A stretch of 64,000 nt of DNA from an uncultured bacterium (GTDB taxonomy: Bacteria > Verrucomicrobiota > Verrucomicrobiia > Limisphaerales > UBA8199), in the NCBI GenBank assembly GCA_963749495.1, contig CAVVMW010000010.1, positions 704,001-768,000 on the forward strand, in the 5' to 3' direction. The stretch's first letter is position 1. Each line of letters starts with the position of its first letter. Positions 39,523 to 48,148 of the stretch are shown in pieces. A model generated the notes under the pieces. It was given only the letters and a program-made list of their open reading frames with translations, had not been told where the DNA came from and ran no database searches. A program made the translations under genes and the position numbers.

Positions 39523-39614
39523 GGCTCACGCTCGGCCTGAGCGGCCGAGGTTGAACGGCGGGCGAACGCAAACAGGACGCGCACCCCGCGTCAGTTGCAG
39601 GCCACTCGTTAGGC
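39523..39614 (-). other. Integron attC site (degenerate core)
   Basis: GCCTAAC-GAGT-GGCCTGCAAC .. GCTCAGGCC-GAGC-GTGAGCC. R and L boxes pair with an extrahelical base, and the core is GTG instead of GTT. Confidence 0.65.
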
Positions 39615-39621
39615 TCCGTCG

Positions 39622-39815
39622 TCATCTCAAGAACTCCACACCGAGTGCGATGAGGCCGCACGCCGCCAGTATCGGCGCCCACCAAACTACCGGAATAAAA
39701 AACAGAGTATGCGACTGCCGCAAGACTACCTCGCTGCCGGTCTTAGGGTCAAGCAAAACCTGTGCTTTCAGGTTCCGGAGATACCGGCCAACAAACCAGG
39801 ACGTTGCCGCTGAGA
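39622..39815 (-). pseudogene. 3' part of a small membrane-protein cassette gene, truncated by the ori-like repeat
   Basis: WFVGRYLRN..VLLDPKTGSEVVLRQSHTLFFIPVVWW with no start codon. The 56-bp repeat abuts it. Confidence 0.65.
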
Positions 39816-39871
39816 ACTGATAGGAATTTGCTTTTTCGCCGCCGCGCCGGTTATTGACGCTTCGCGGGTGA
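39816..39871 (-). repeat. 56-bp IS91-type oriIS-like direct repeat, copy 3
   Basis: ACTGATAGGAATTTGCTTTTTCGCCGCCGCGCCGGTTATTGACGCTTCGCGGGTGA, identical to 41217-41272 and 42456-42511. Confidence 0.9.
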
Positions 39872-39939
39872 ACTTCGGTTCGGTCAAGTTCAGACCGGTC
39901 AGCCGTGCTTGAGGGACTAAAGATGGACTCCTCTCTCAA

Positions 39940-40320
39940 CAGCAGGTTGGGCGCGGTAATCCACTACGAGGGAGGCTATTTCGCCAGAGCCCATCTCGCC
40001 GGGGCGGCGTTCGACACACAGGGGAAGAAGATCCGGGAATTTGGCCCTACCACCTGGGAGGCGATAGACTCCGGGCATCTGGCTAATTTCGTGGCTGCCA
40101 CGCGCAGCCGGAAGGTCGCGGATTTGAACGCCGACGTGCTGCAAGGCCATCTCTCCGCCACCTGTTGCCACCTGGCAAACACCTCGCATCGCCTGGGCCG
40201 GACCGCCGCGCCGGAGGTTGTCGCCGAGCGGATGAAGAGCGATCCGGTATTGTCGGACGCAGTCGCCCGTTATCACGAGCACCTGCGCGCAAATCAGATC
40301 AACTGCGACGTTGCACACTC
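39940..40320 (+). pseudogene. C-terminal fragment of a Gfo/Idh/MocA oxidoreductase
   Basis: HLANFVAATRSRK..LNADVLQGHLSATCCHLANTSHRLGR. Both ends are missing. Confidence 0.75.
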
Positions 40321-40394
40321 AACTTGACACGACTCCAAGCGGCTCGGCGTGGGCAGGGTCGTGTGGGCAGGGTCATGGGAAGGGTCATTGGGAA

Positions 40395-40443
40395 GGGTCA
40401 AGCCTCCACCTTGCAGGCAGCGATCGAGGTAGAGGCTTGACCC
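40395..40443. repeat. REP-like hairpin with RAYT-type GGGTCA..TGACCC ends
   Basis: GGGTCAAGCCTCCACCT / AGGTAGAGGCTTGACCC, preceded by three stuttered GGG(C/A)AGGGTC copies at 40351-40390. Confidence 0.7.
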
Positions 40444-40454
40444 CTTTCTCTGTA

Positions 40455-40937
40455 TCAGGTCCGCAGCGTGGTACCTGCACGCCTTGACCAACTCCAACGC
40501 AGCCTTGGCGATGGTAGTAGTTGTCTGCCACAAAAAGCGCACTTGCCGGGCTTGTCGCTGATCATCTGGCAGCAACTGGAACCGCAAGCACAAGCGTATT
40601 TCCCGCTCAGCCTTACCGTCTTCACATTCCCTTCCATGTAAATGCTCGCCACCGCTGTTGGCCGACGGAACGGGAGGAGGAGGAGAATCGGCACTGGACC
40701 TTTGACTGAGCCGACGGCGACCTCGACCAGGTCGTGGCCGCAGACGCATTTGCCGGGCTTCAGGGCCACGACGTGGCAGTCGCACCTCGCGCAACCGCAG
40801 ACGTAGTAGGTGCCACCTGGCCTCGCAGGCAATAAAAAAGATGAAGAGGGAACGGTTTGTTTGGAGACGCTAGCGCATCCCGCCCCGAACAGGAGGATGC
40901 CCAACGCACCAATAATAAGGGTCGATAAGGGCTTCAT
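40455..40937 (-). CDS. Cys-rich lipoprotein with two heavy-metal-binding-like repeats
   Basis: Lipobox-like FGAGC, YVCGC..PGKCVCGHDL and YACAC..PGKCAFCGRQL. Confidence 0.7.
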   Translation of the reverse strand: MKPLSTLIIGALGILLFGAGCASVSKQTVPSSSFLLPARPGGTYYVCGCARCDCHVVALKPGKCVCGHDLVEVAVGSVKGPVPILLLLPFRRPTAVASIYMEGNVKTVRLSGKYACACGSSCCQMISDKPGKCAFCGRQLLPSPRLRWSWSRRAGTTLRT

Positions 40938-41216
40938 AATGGAGTTGGCTTGTAGCACCGCCAGGCCGCTGCGTCAAGCGGTGTTCATCCCCGGACCTTC
41001 GTCTAATCCGGGCTCATGGCCGTTCACAGTGGCTTTCGGAACACGAGGAAGGACTGATACGGGAGCAAGTCGGTCCGATTCGCCACCAGGCCAAGCCCTG
41101 CCTGCCGCGCAAGGGCCAGGATTTGAGCTTGGGGATCTTGACCGATTCGGGCGGGCCTTCGGGCAGAGAGCCTTCCTTGAATTGGGGAAAGGAGTCAAGC
41201 CCCTGAAAAGTGAAAA

Positions 41217-41272
41217 ACTGATAGGAATTTGCTTTTTCGCCGCCGCGCCGGTTATTGACGCTTCGCGGGTGA
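41217..41272 (-). repeat. 56-bp IS91-type oriIS-like direct repeat, copy 2
   Basis: Identical to the other two copies. Confidence 0.9.
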
Positions 41273-41591
41273 TGGCCGCGCAAGAGACCGTACTCAAGGA
41301 GCCACGCGGGAACCAGACTGGTACCGCGCCCCAAAGGCCAAGACAGGCAAAAACAAAACTTACGCCCAAAAGAACCGCTCGCCGCCACATAGTCGATCGC
41401 TGATCAGTTTTCACGCCTGCAACCTGTCGCCTTCAACTGGACGTCCCGCGTTGCCGCAGCGACAAGGAGCGCGACCGGGTTGGCGCCCCTCACCCCTTTG
41501 GAAATCGCGGATTGGTCATATCCGTAGGGTCCGCCTCAAGGACAAACGAAGCTGAGGCCGTTGCACGGCATCAGGGTGCGGTCAGCACGCT

Positions 41592-42437
41592 TCATTTTTT
41601 TTCGGCAGATGTGGGCAGCCTGCGGTCCCAGGGGGAGACATTGAGCCGGATTTCGGGCGACCGGAAATTCTCTCCCAACCAATAAATCGCATAATTGCCA
41701 GGCCGTTCAAGATGGGGGGTCAAGTCCCGGCTAAAGGCGATATGCTCCCCTGGGGCCAAGGATGCCCTGCTCGGTTCCCCTGCGGCCCCCGAGAAGATCA
41801 ACTGCGAATCCTTGAGTTGCTTCCTATTCACAATTATCTCGGATTCTCCGATCTTCGGGTTGCTGGCTGCGCTGCTCGTGTTGGTCAAGCAGAAGGTAAA
41901 CCTCAGGTGCCTGGTCCCTTCATCATCAAAGGAATACATTACCCCGAGACTGGCCTGCAGTGGCTCCGCCGTCGGGGGAATTTTCGTGGCAGACACGGAC
42001 ATCCTGGCCCCATCCGAGGATATATCGAGCACCATTTCCGGCGACCGGAAATCCTCTCCCAACCAATAAACCGCATAGGTGCCCGGCTTAAAGTAGGAAA
42101 TTAGGTCCCTTCCAAAGCGGATACGTTCCCGTGGCTGCAACACTTTCCATCGTCTGTTCCGAAGTCCTCCCTTGAACATCAACAGGGAATGCTTGAGTTC
42201 CTTCCCATTGACAATTAATTTGGCTTGGTCGATCTTCGGGTTGATCGCAGTGCTGCTTGCGTTGGTCAACGAGAACATAAACATGAGGAGGTTGGTCCCT
42301 CGATTATCGACCGTATATTCCGCCCAGAGATCAGCGTGCAATGGATGCGTGGCCAGCACCGTACCACCTCTAATACTTATGCTCGCAGCCAGTGCACACA
42401 AGGAGCAGATCAGAATATCGCATTTGCCTAGCTTCAT
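41592..42437 (-). CDS. Secreted protein with two tandem homologous beta-rich domains
   Basis: Signal peptide and a duplicated F.LTN.SS.A.NPKI..IVN.K.LK.S..L.P.E.I.F.RDL..PG.YA.YWLGE.FRSPE motif. Lower GC. Confidence 0.75.
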   Translation of the reverse strand: MKLGKCDILICSLCALAASISIRGGTVLATHPLHADLWAEYTVDNRGTNLLMFMFSLTNASSTAINPKIDQAKLIVNGKELKHSLLMFKGGLRNRRWKVLQPRERIRFGRDLISYFKPGTYAVYWLGEDFRSPEMVLDISSDGARMSVSATKIPPTAEPLQASLGVMYSFDDEGTRHLRFTFCLTNTSSAASNPKIGESEIIVNRKQLKDSQLIFSGAAGEPSRASLAPGEHIAFSRDLTPHLERPGNYAIYWLGENFRSPEIRLNVSPWDRRLPTSAEKK

Positions 42438-42455
42438 ATGTCAAACGGTAGATTC

Positions 42456-42511
42456 ACTGATAGGAATTTGCTTTTTCGCCGCCGCGCCGGTTATTGACGC
42501 TTCGCGGGTGA
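42456..42511 (-). repeat. 56-bp oriIS-like end of the IS91-family element, copy 1
   Basis: Lies about 235 bp downstream of the transposase stop. The minus strand ends AAATTCCTAT-CAGT. Confidence 0.9.
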
Positions 42512-42923
42512 GGTAGAATTGGTTTTTTGGCCGCATTCACCGTGGGGGGAATGTGGCCAGAGCGGCAGGCGCCCGTCAACCGGCAAATTCTGCCGGTTCT
42601 TGGGCGTTTTTGGCGGCGGCGGTGTCGGAAGCGGCAGCCAGGGCAGGAAACCGCGCAAGAGTGGGTTTGGCTACCCCCGGCCGGGCCGTCGGGGGACTGT
42701 CGCCGCTCAAGGTTCTTCGGTCCCCAGGGCCTAAAGCTGGCGGCGCTCAATCCGTCAGCACATTCTCGTAATCCGGGGCGGGGTCCACGTCGTCACAGGG
42801 TTCGTAGGTATAAGGCCCTGGGGCACCCGGTGGAGAGGGGCCAGCGGCTGGGTCGTGCCAGGCGCCGAGGTGGCGGAGGATCTTCTCGACCACGCGCGGG
42901 TCGTCAATCACCGCGATAACGCG

Positions 42924-42943
42924 CCTGCCTGCCGGCAGGCAGG
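42924..42943. repeat. 20-bp perfect palindrome insertion CCTGCCTGCCGGCAGGCAGG
   Basis: Removal restores ..QNPMRVIAVIDD. Confidence 0.9.
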
Positions 42944-42999
42944 CATCGGGTTTTGGCAGACGGGACAGCATAGCGGGTCAACATGCCAGACGCGGAGGA

Positions 43000-43030
43000 T
43001 CCGCCTTCGCTAAAGCTACGGCGGGACAGG
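43000..43030. repeat. 31-bp hairpin insertion (minus strand CCTGTCCCGCCGTAGCTTTAGCGAAGGCGGA)
   Basis: Removal restores ..WRDLILRVWHVDP. Confidence 0.85.
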
Positions 43031-43192
43031 TTAGGTCCCGCCACCTTTTGGACGGGAGTTTGAGGGGCGGTGGCGGCGAAAGGCCCGGGCGGTGCGCGAC
43101 CAGATCCGAGGGCAACCCTCGGTGGCGAACGCCGCGCATTTTGTTGCTGTACCAACCGCTGTAGCGGACCATCTGCGCGCCCTTGTCGGGGA

Positions 43193-43212
43193 CCTGCCTG
43201 CCGGCAGGCAGG
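43193..43212. repeat. 20-bp perfect palindrome insertion CCTGCCTGCCGGCAGGCAGG
   Basis: Removal restores ..ITQHIPDKGAQMVRY. Confidence 0.9.
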
Positions 43213-44369
43213 TATGCTGGGTGATGGCGGCCAAAAAGTCGGTGGGGGTGAAGACCTCGAAGTTGCGGTTGATCTTGGCATTGAGGCGGGAGCGGTAGAT
43301 GACGGTGTCCGTGGGAGATTCCAGGGTCATCTTCTCAACGGAGAAGGGGTTGCGGAGGATGTATTGGGCCAAATCCTCCAGGTCGGCCTTGGCCTCGGGC
43401 GCGACGCGGTCTCCGGCGTGGACGTTGAAGCCGCTGTGCTTCCACGAATAGAGGACTTGGACGCGTTCGGGCGGGAGGAGCTTCTCCTCGACGAGGAGGG
43501 TGATCACCTTGGCACGGAAAAGTTCTTCGAGGGGTTTGATTGGGGCGTCCGGCAGGGTGTGGAATGAAGCGAGGGGGGGCGTTGGCGGGTCCGACGGAGT
43601 TGGAGCTCCAGGCTGGGGCGGCGGCGGGTCGCGACGGAAGAGGCCGTCGGCGACCAGGGCGTGGATGTGGGGGTGGAAGTCAAGGTATTCGCCAAAAGTG
43701 TGGAGGGTCATGATAATGCCCGGCACACCTTGGGGGCACTCCAGGGCCGTGCGAAGGTATTCGGTGAGGCTCTCGTGGGCCAGGGTGCAGAGCGGCTTGA
43801 GCAGGTGCCGATGGCGTTGGAAATAGGGCCGGAGCATTTTGGGGATGGCCAGGACATAGTGGCGGTGGGGTACCGGCGCGACCACCTGGTCCAGGATGAA
43901 GCGGGCGGTGGTCTGGACATTCTTCTGGTGGCAGGAGGGGCAGAACCAGCGGCTTTTGCACGAGAAGGCCAGCAGGTATTCGTGCTCGCAATGGTCACAG
44001 CGGACTCGCGCGAATCCGCGCTCCAGGTTGCCACAGTCCAGAAACTTGTGAACGACCTCGGGAATGATCGGGCGCAGGCTGCCGTAGCGGGGCTGGTAAG
44101 CCTCCAGGTAAACAGCCTCGAACTCGTCGTAGTGCCGGTCGGCGCAGTGCCAGAGCGGCGACTTTTTCGGATTTCTGGCGCGATAGACTTGCATTGAACC
44201 ACACGCCAGCATAATGGCGACCTCTGCCATCGAACGTCACAGGTCCAAAAAGATGAGAGCCGGCACTCGCCCCCAATACCACAGGCCTGACGCCTGCCGG
44301 GAAAGGGCTCAAGCCCTTACACTGTGCATTTTCGAGTGACAGCACGGGCGGGGCATCCACAATGGGACC

Positions 44370-44450
44370 ATGCCGCGCCAACTGCGCATTCAGTTTCCGG
44401 GTGCCATGTACCGTGTGATGAGTCGTGGGGATCGGCGCGATGACATTCAC
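44370..44450 (+). pseudogene. RAYT/Y1 transposase N-terminal remnant
   Basis: MPRQLRIQFPGAMYRVMSRGDRRDDI. Confidence 0.75.
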
Positions 44451-44790
44451 AAACAGCCGCCACTGCCGCTTCGCGGGCTACCAAAATCCACCCCATCCAT
44501 AGCCGGCCCAAGCGTAAAAATTCCGCATTGTCCGAACAGTCCGCTCTGTCCGTGGACAGGAGCGGTCGAGGCGGCGCAAAGTGGCGTCCATGAGAAAGTC
44601 GCGAATTGATAGACCGCCGTCCAGAAGTAAGACGACACACGAGGTGTCCGAAACCACGTCCATGCCCGGGCGCCATGCCGGCCTCCGTCCTCTGTCCTCT
44701 GAGCTCCGGTCTAACCGTCGTACGTTGACCATGGCTGCTGGCGGCGGTTGGTTGCGCTTGTCGCGCTCGCCTCGCCGGCCGGACCTCGCC

Positions 44791-45204
44791 TCACTTGAGT
44801 TTGTTGACGAGCACGTCGGGGTGAGCGGGATTGGGAACCACTCGGCGGCGGGCGCAATCCACCTGCAGGTCCATCTTCTCCAACAGGGTCTGGCCAATGA
44901 TTACTTCGTCCCCGAGCACCAACGCGTCGTCACTGCTCCGGCGGTGCAGAATATCAAACATGATTCCGTAAGCCACCCCAACAGACTCTTTCTGTCCGTT
45001 GGCGTACTCCACCACCGAGTGGTCGGCCGGCTGAAGTCCCAGCCGATCCAACACGGGCTGTGGCACGCAAGACCGCACGGCACCCGTATCGACGAGCGCG
45101 TCGGCCTCGACAGCCCGCACATTTGCCGGACTGAGTTGGCCGGCGGCGACAGCGGCGTGGTCCGCCACGTTGCTCAGTCTGACTTTGATGCGCACTTCGC
45201 CCAT
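44791..45204 (-). CDS. Clan AA (retropepsin-like) aspartic protease
   Basis: MGEVRIKVRLSN..DALVDTGA..VIIGQTLLEKMDLQVD. Confidence 0.85.
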   Translation of the reverse strand: MGEVRIKVRLSNVADHAAVAAGQLSPANVRAVEADALVDTGAVRSCVPQPVLDRLGLQPADHSVVEYANGQKESVGVAYGIMFDILHRRSSDDALVLGDEVIIGQTLLEKMDLQVDCARRRVVPNPAHPDVLVNKLK

Positions 45205-45256
45205 ACCCGTGAGCATAAACCGTTTCCAATCCCGCACGCAAGGCCCAATCCTGCTC

Positions 45257-45522
45257 CTTGACCGAGAGCGTCCTTTCGTTCAGTCGGCGCACGGCTATCT
45301 CCAGGTTGCCCGTGTCGCCGCTGCGACCAGCCCTCAAATCAGCTTCCTTCCATTTAGCGCGCCTCAACTCCTCGGCGATGATCCGCTTAGCGTTGGCTTG
45401 GGCGCTCTCCAGGCGCAACTGCCCCGAGTGGTGCTCACCCAAACGCGATTCCATCGTTTCCCGCAACTTGGCCCGGAACTCCTCGCGCCCAAAGCACCAA
45501 CCTCGCCGTAGCGGTTTCCATC
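45257..45522 (-). pseudogene. C-terminal remnant of a verrucomicrobial RAYT-type transposase
   Basis: WKPLRRGWCFGREEFRAKL..LGEHHSGQLRLESAQANAKRIIAEEL..W.EADL (recalled family pattern). Confidence 0.65.
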
Positions 45523-45623
45523 GCGGTCCAAAAAAAATGCCGCATAGGCCGCACAGTCCGCATAGTCCTTGGACACCCAGGCTCCGCCGAGCGCAGACTT
45601 GCCGCATGACGGTAAAGAATTGT

Positions 45624-45741
45624 CTAGCGAGGCAAGGCCTCAGACCGTGGCTTGGGCATCTTGCCCAAGCCCCCACGGGCAGGATGCCCGTGCCACAAAC
45701 TTGACCTGTCTGCATCATGTTTGGAGATTCAAGGACTCTAG
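45624..45741. repeat. About 115-bp CTAG-bounded hairpin-containing repeat, copy 1
   Basis: Direct repeat of 46556-46673 with an internal GTGGCTTGGGCATC..GATGCCCGTGCCAC hairpin. Ends TTCAAGGACTCTAG. Confidence 0.8.
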
Positions 45742-45786
45742 CGACGCGTAGCCTCCGAGCATGGGGCAGGCCCCCGATCCGACCCG

Positions 45787-45841
45787 CCCCCTCACCCCTT
45801 CCCTCTCCCCCTCCGAGGGGGAGAGGGAAGGGGTGAGGGGG
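45787..45841. repeat. Perfect 27-bp inverted repeat (REP-like)
   Basis: CCCCCTCACCCCTTCCCTCTCCCCCTC-C-GAGGGGGAGAGGGAAGGGGTGAGGGGG. Confidence 0.85.
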
Positions 45842-45916
45842 CCGCCCATAGGCTGGCTCCACAACTTGTTCTGTTTACCACACCTTTCTCGATTCAAGGA
45901 CTCTAGCCGCGCCCCT

Positions 45917-46528
45917 GTGACCACCAGCCCACCAAAGTTGCACGCCGGCCCGAACGAGCCGCCCCTGACCACCCTCAAGCGCCTGCCCGCCCAGGACCGC
46001 GCCGAGATTTGGACTTGGCGCGATCAGCCTGGCATGAGCAGTGCCGCCATTCGCGCCCGCATCCTCGCCGCCTACGCCATCGACCTGCGGTGGGATTCTC
46101 AGCTCTCGGAATTCTGGAGCTGGCAGTTCCGCCAGATGCAGTGGGAACGCCTCGGCGAGATCACCGCCCAGGACGAGCAGATCCTCCAAGCCCAATACCC
46201 GCAGCTTGACAGCCCGCGCCTCCGCCAGGCCGCCATGGCCCGCCTCTATGCCTCCGCCGACATCGCCCAGGACGCCAGGCTCAGCTTGAGCGTCATCACC
46301 ACCGACATCAGAGACTCGGGCGACCGCCGTCGCTGGGAAAAACTCCGGCTGGAGCAACAGAAGAAAATCGCGGCCGCCTTGGACGAACTCGCTGGCGTGC
46401 TCAAGGCCTGGCCCGATCTCCAGGAGGAATACAGGCTCTTGAGTGGACGCGTCCGGCAACGCCTCAATGCCGATGCCGGCCCCGGCGCGCAACCACCAGC
46501 GCCCGCCCCCAACCCGCCCCAACCATGA
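45917..46528 (+). CDS. Hypothetical helical protein, possibly phage Mu Gp27/DUF3486-like
   Basis: LKRLPAQDRAEIWTW..MSSAAIRARI..SQLSEFWSW HTH-like start and a coiled-coil C-terminus. GTG start assumed. Confidence 0.5.
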   Translation: MTTSPPKLHAGPNEPPLTTLKRLPAQDRAEIWTWRDQPGMSSAAIRARILAAYAIDLRWDSQLSEFWSWQFRQMQWERLGEITAQDEQILQAQYPQLDSPRLRQAAMARLYASADIAQDARLSLSVITTDIRDSGDRRRWEKLRLEQQKKIAAALDELAGVLKAWPDLQEEYRLLSGRVRQRLNADAGPGAQPPAPAPNPPQP

Positions 46529-46555
46529 GTGCCCTCCGTTTACGCAACAGACCAC

Positions 46556-46673
46556 CTAACGAGGCGGGGCCTCAGACCGTGGCTTGGGCATCCTGCCCAA
46601 GCAACCACGGGCAGGATGCCCGTGCCACAAGCTTGACCTGTCTGGACCATGTTTTGAAATTCAAGGACTCTAG
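46556..46673. repeat. About 115-bp hairpin-containing repeat, copy 2
   Basis: Direct repeat of 45624-45741. Confidence 0.8.
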
Positions 46674-47193
46674 GGTCCCCACAGGCTGGCCACCGCAGGA
46701 GGGCCACAGAGTTCATGAACCCCCATGCCCGCGAGCCCTCGCGACTCCGGCACATTGCGGCGGATTACCGCAAACCAACGCAAATTCGGGCAAATTCCCA
46801 GAAATTCCCAGAAATTCCCACAGATTTTCCCCATGTTCAACCGCGCCTCTGCAGGGTCAGGCCCGCCTGCGCATCGGCTGCAACGTGAGTTCGCACCCGC
46901 TGCGAGGCGCCTCTGCGGACGGCAGCCTCCGGGGATTTGGCGGGCCTTGCGGCGACGGCCCCTGCGCCGCTGCCTCGCTCATCGCTGACGGCATTCCGGC
47001 CAAACCCAGCAGTCCCGCTTGCCCTTTGCCCCCAAAAACGTGCTCCCGGTGGCCGTTACGTCAAAAAACAGCTAAATAGTGACCTTGACGGAATCGAAGC
47101 CAGAGTCTTGAATTCCGCTATCGAGCAGTGGCCCTCGGTTCAAGGCGCTAAAGCAGGAGATCGTCCTGGAACAGGGTCAATCATGCTCAGCCT

Positions 47194-48075
47194 ATGAACG
47201 CCATTTTATCCATGTTTATCGTCGCCGCGCTGCTGCCAGTGGCTTCCGCGCAAGACACCAGGATCACCAAAAAGCAGGACCTCGTTTATGCCGAACCGGC
47301 GAGTCCGCTTCACATGCTCGATGTGGATGCCTCGCCCTCGGCAAGGAACGCGCCGGTGGTGTTTTGGATCCACGGCGGTGGGTGGCAGGTGGGCGACAAG
47401 AGTGACGTGGCGGAGAAGCCGCGGTTCTTCGTGGAGAAGGGCTTCGTGTTCGTATCGGTGAATTACCGCCTGCTGCCAAAGGTCGAGATGATCGAGATTT
47501 TCCGCGATGTCGCGAAGTCGTTTCGCTGGGTGCATGACCATATCGCTGAATACGGCGGTGATCCCAAGCGGGTGCTCGTCGGCGGCCATTCGGCGGGCGC
47601 ACAGCTTGCAGCGCTGCTCTGCACGGACGACCGCTACCTGAAAGCGGAAGGGATCGCGTTCACCGACCTCATTGGCTGCGTGCCGGTCAATGGCGATACT
47701 TATGACCTGCCGGCGATTATCGAGACGGAGGAGACGCGCTGCCGGGTGCATGGCCAAGCGCTGCCGCGGTTCGGGCATCGGGAGAAGTTCGGCAACACGG
47801 CGGAAAAGCATCGCGAATACTCCGCGGTGACGCACGTGGCGCCGGGCAAGAAAATTCCGCCTTTCCTGATTTTGCACGTTGCCGATCACCCGGACACGAG
47901 CGCCCAAGCGTTTCGTCTGGGCACCGTGCTGAAAGCGGCGGGAGTGAAGACGACCGTCTTTGGAGCGAAGGAAACGACTCACAACAAGCTCAATGACAAT
48001 CTGGGAACCGCGGGTGATCCGGCGACGAAGGCGCTGTTGGAGTTTGCCGATTCGTGCCTGGCTGTGAAGATTTGA
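47194..48075 (+). CDS. Secreted alpha/beta hydrolase (HSL-type carboxylesterase)
   Basis: HGGGW, GHSAG nucleophile motif, PPFLILH and a signal peptide. Confidence 0.9.
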   Translation: MNAILSMFIVAALLPVASAQDTRITKKQDLVYAEPASPLHMLDVDASPSARNAPVVFWIHGGGWQVGDKSDVAEKPRFFVEKGFVFVSVNYRLLPKVEMIEIFRDVAKSFRWVHDHIAEYGGDPKRVLVGGHSAGAQLAALLCTDDRYLKAEGIAFTDLIGCVPVNGDTYDLPAIIETEETRCRVHGQALPRFGHREKFGNTAEKHREYSAVTHVAPGKKIPPFLILHVADHPDTSAQAFRLGTVLKAAGVKTTVFGAKETTHNKLNDNLGTAGDPATKALLEFADSCLAVKI

Positions 48076-48148
48076 TGCTGGCGCCTTCAACATGCGCGAA
48101 ATGCCCATCCTGCTTTAGAATCCCTCTCAACCACACCGGAGAACAGCA

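Larger units (their letters stand above)
42747..44194 (-). mobile_element. IS91-family (Y2 HUH, rolling-circle) transposase interrupted by three short palindromic insertions
   Basis: CGNLERGFARVRCDHC..AFSCKSRWFCPSC Zn domain and HTFG..FHPHIHALV HUH motif. After removing the inserts: HIPDKGAQMVRYSGWYSNK and DPLCCPVCQNPMRVIAVI..KILRHLG. Confidence 0.93.

Noticed and set aside
39816..42511. CRISPR array from the three identical repeats
   Set aside because: Repeats are 56 bp with more than 1.1 kb between them, the intervals contain genes, and there are no cas genes.
42494..42519. Sigma70 promoter TTGACG..TAGAAT formed by the ori repeat
   Set aside because: The spacer is only 14 bp and the -10 box is absent from the other two copies.
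44709..44760. Possible attC downstream of the aspartic protease gene (GTTAGAC core on the minus strand)
   Set aside because: Only the outer AACCG.CG/CG.CGGTT arms pair. There are no convincing L boxes.
45540..46830. Short tandem repeats (CCGCATAGT-like x3 at about 45540; AAATTCCCAG x3 at about 46792)
   Set aside because: Too short and degenerate to assign a function.
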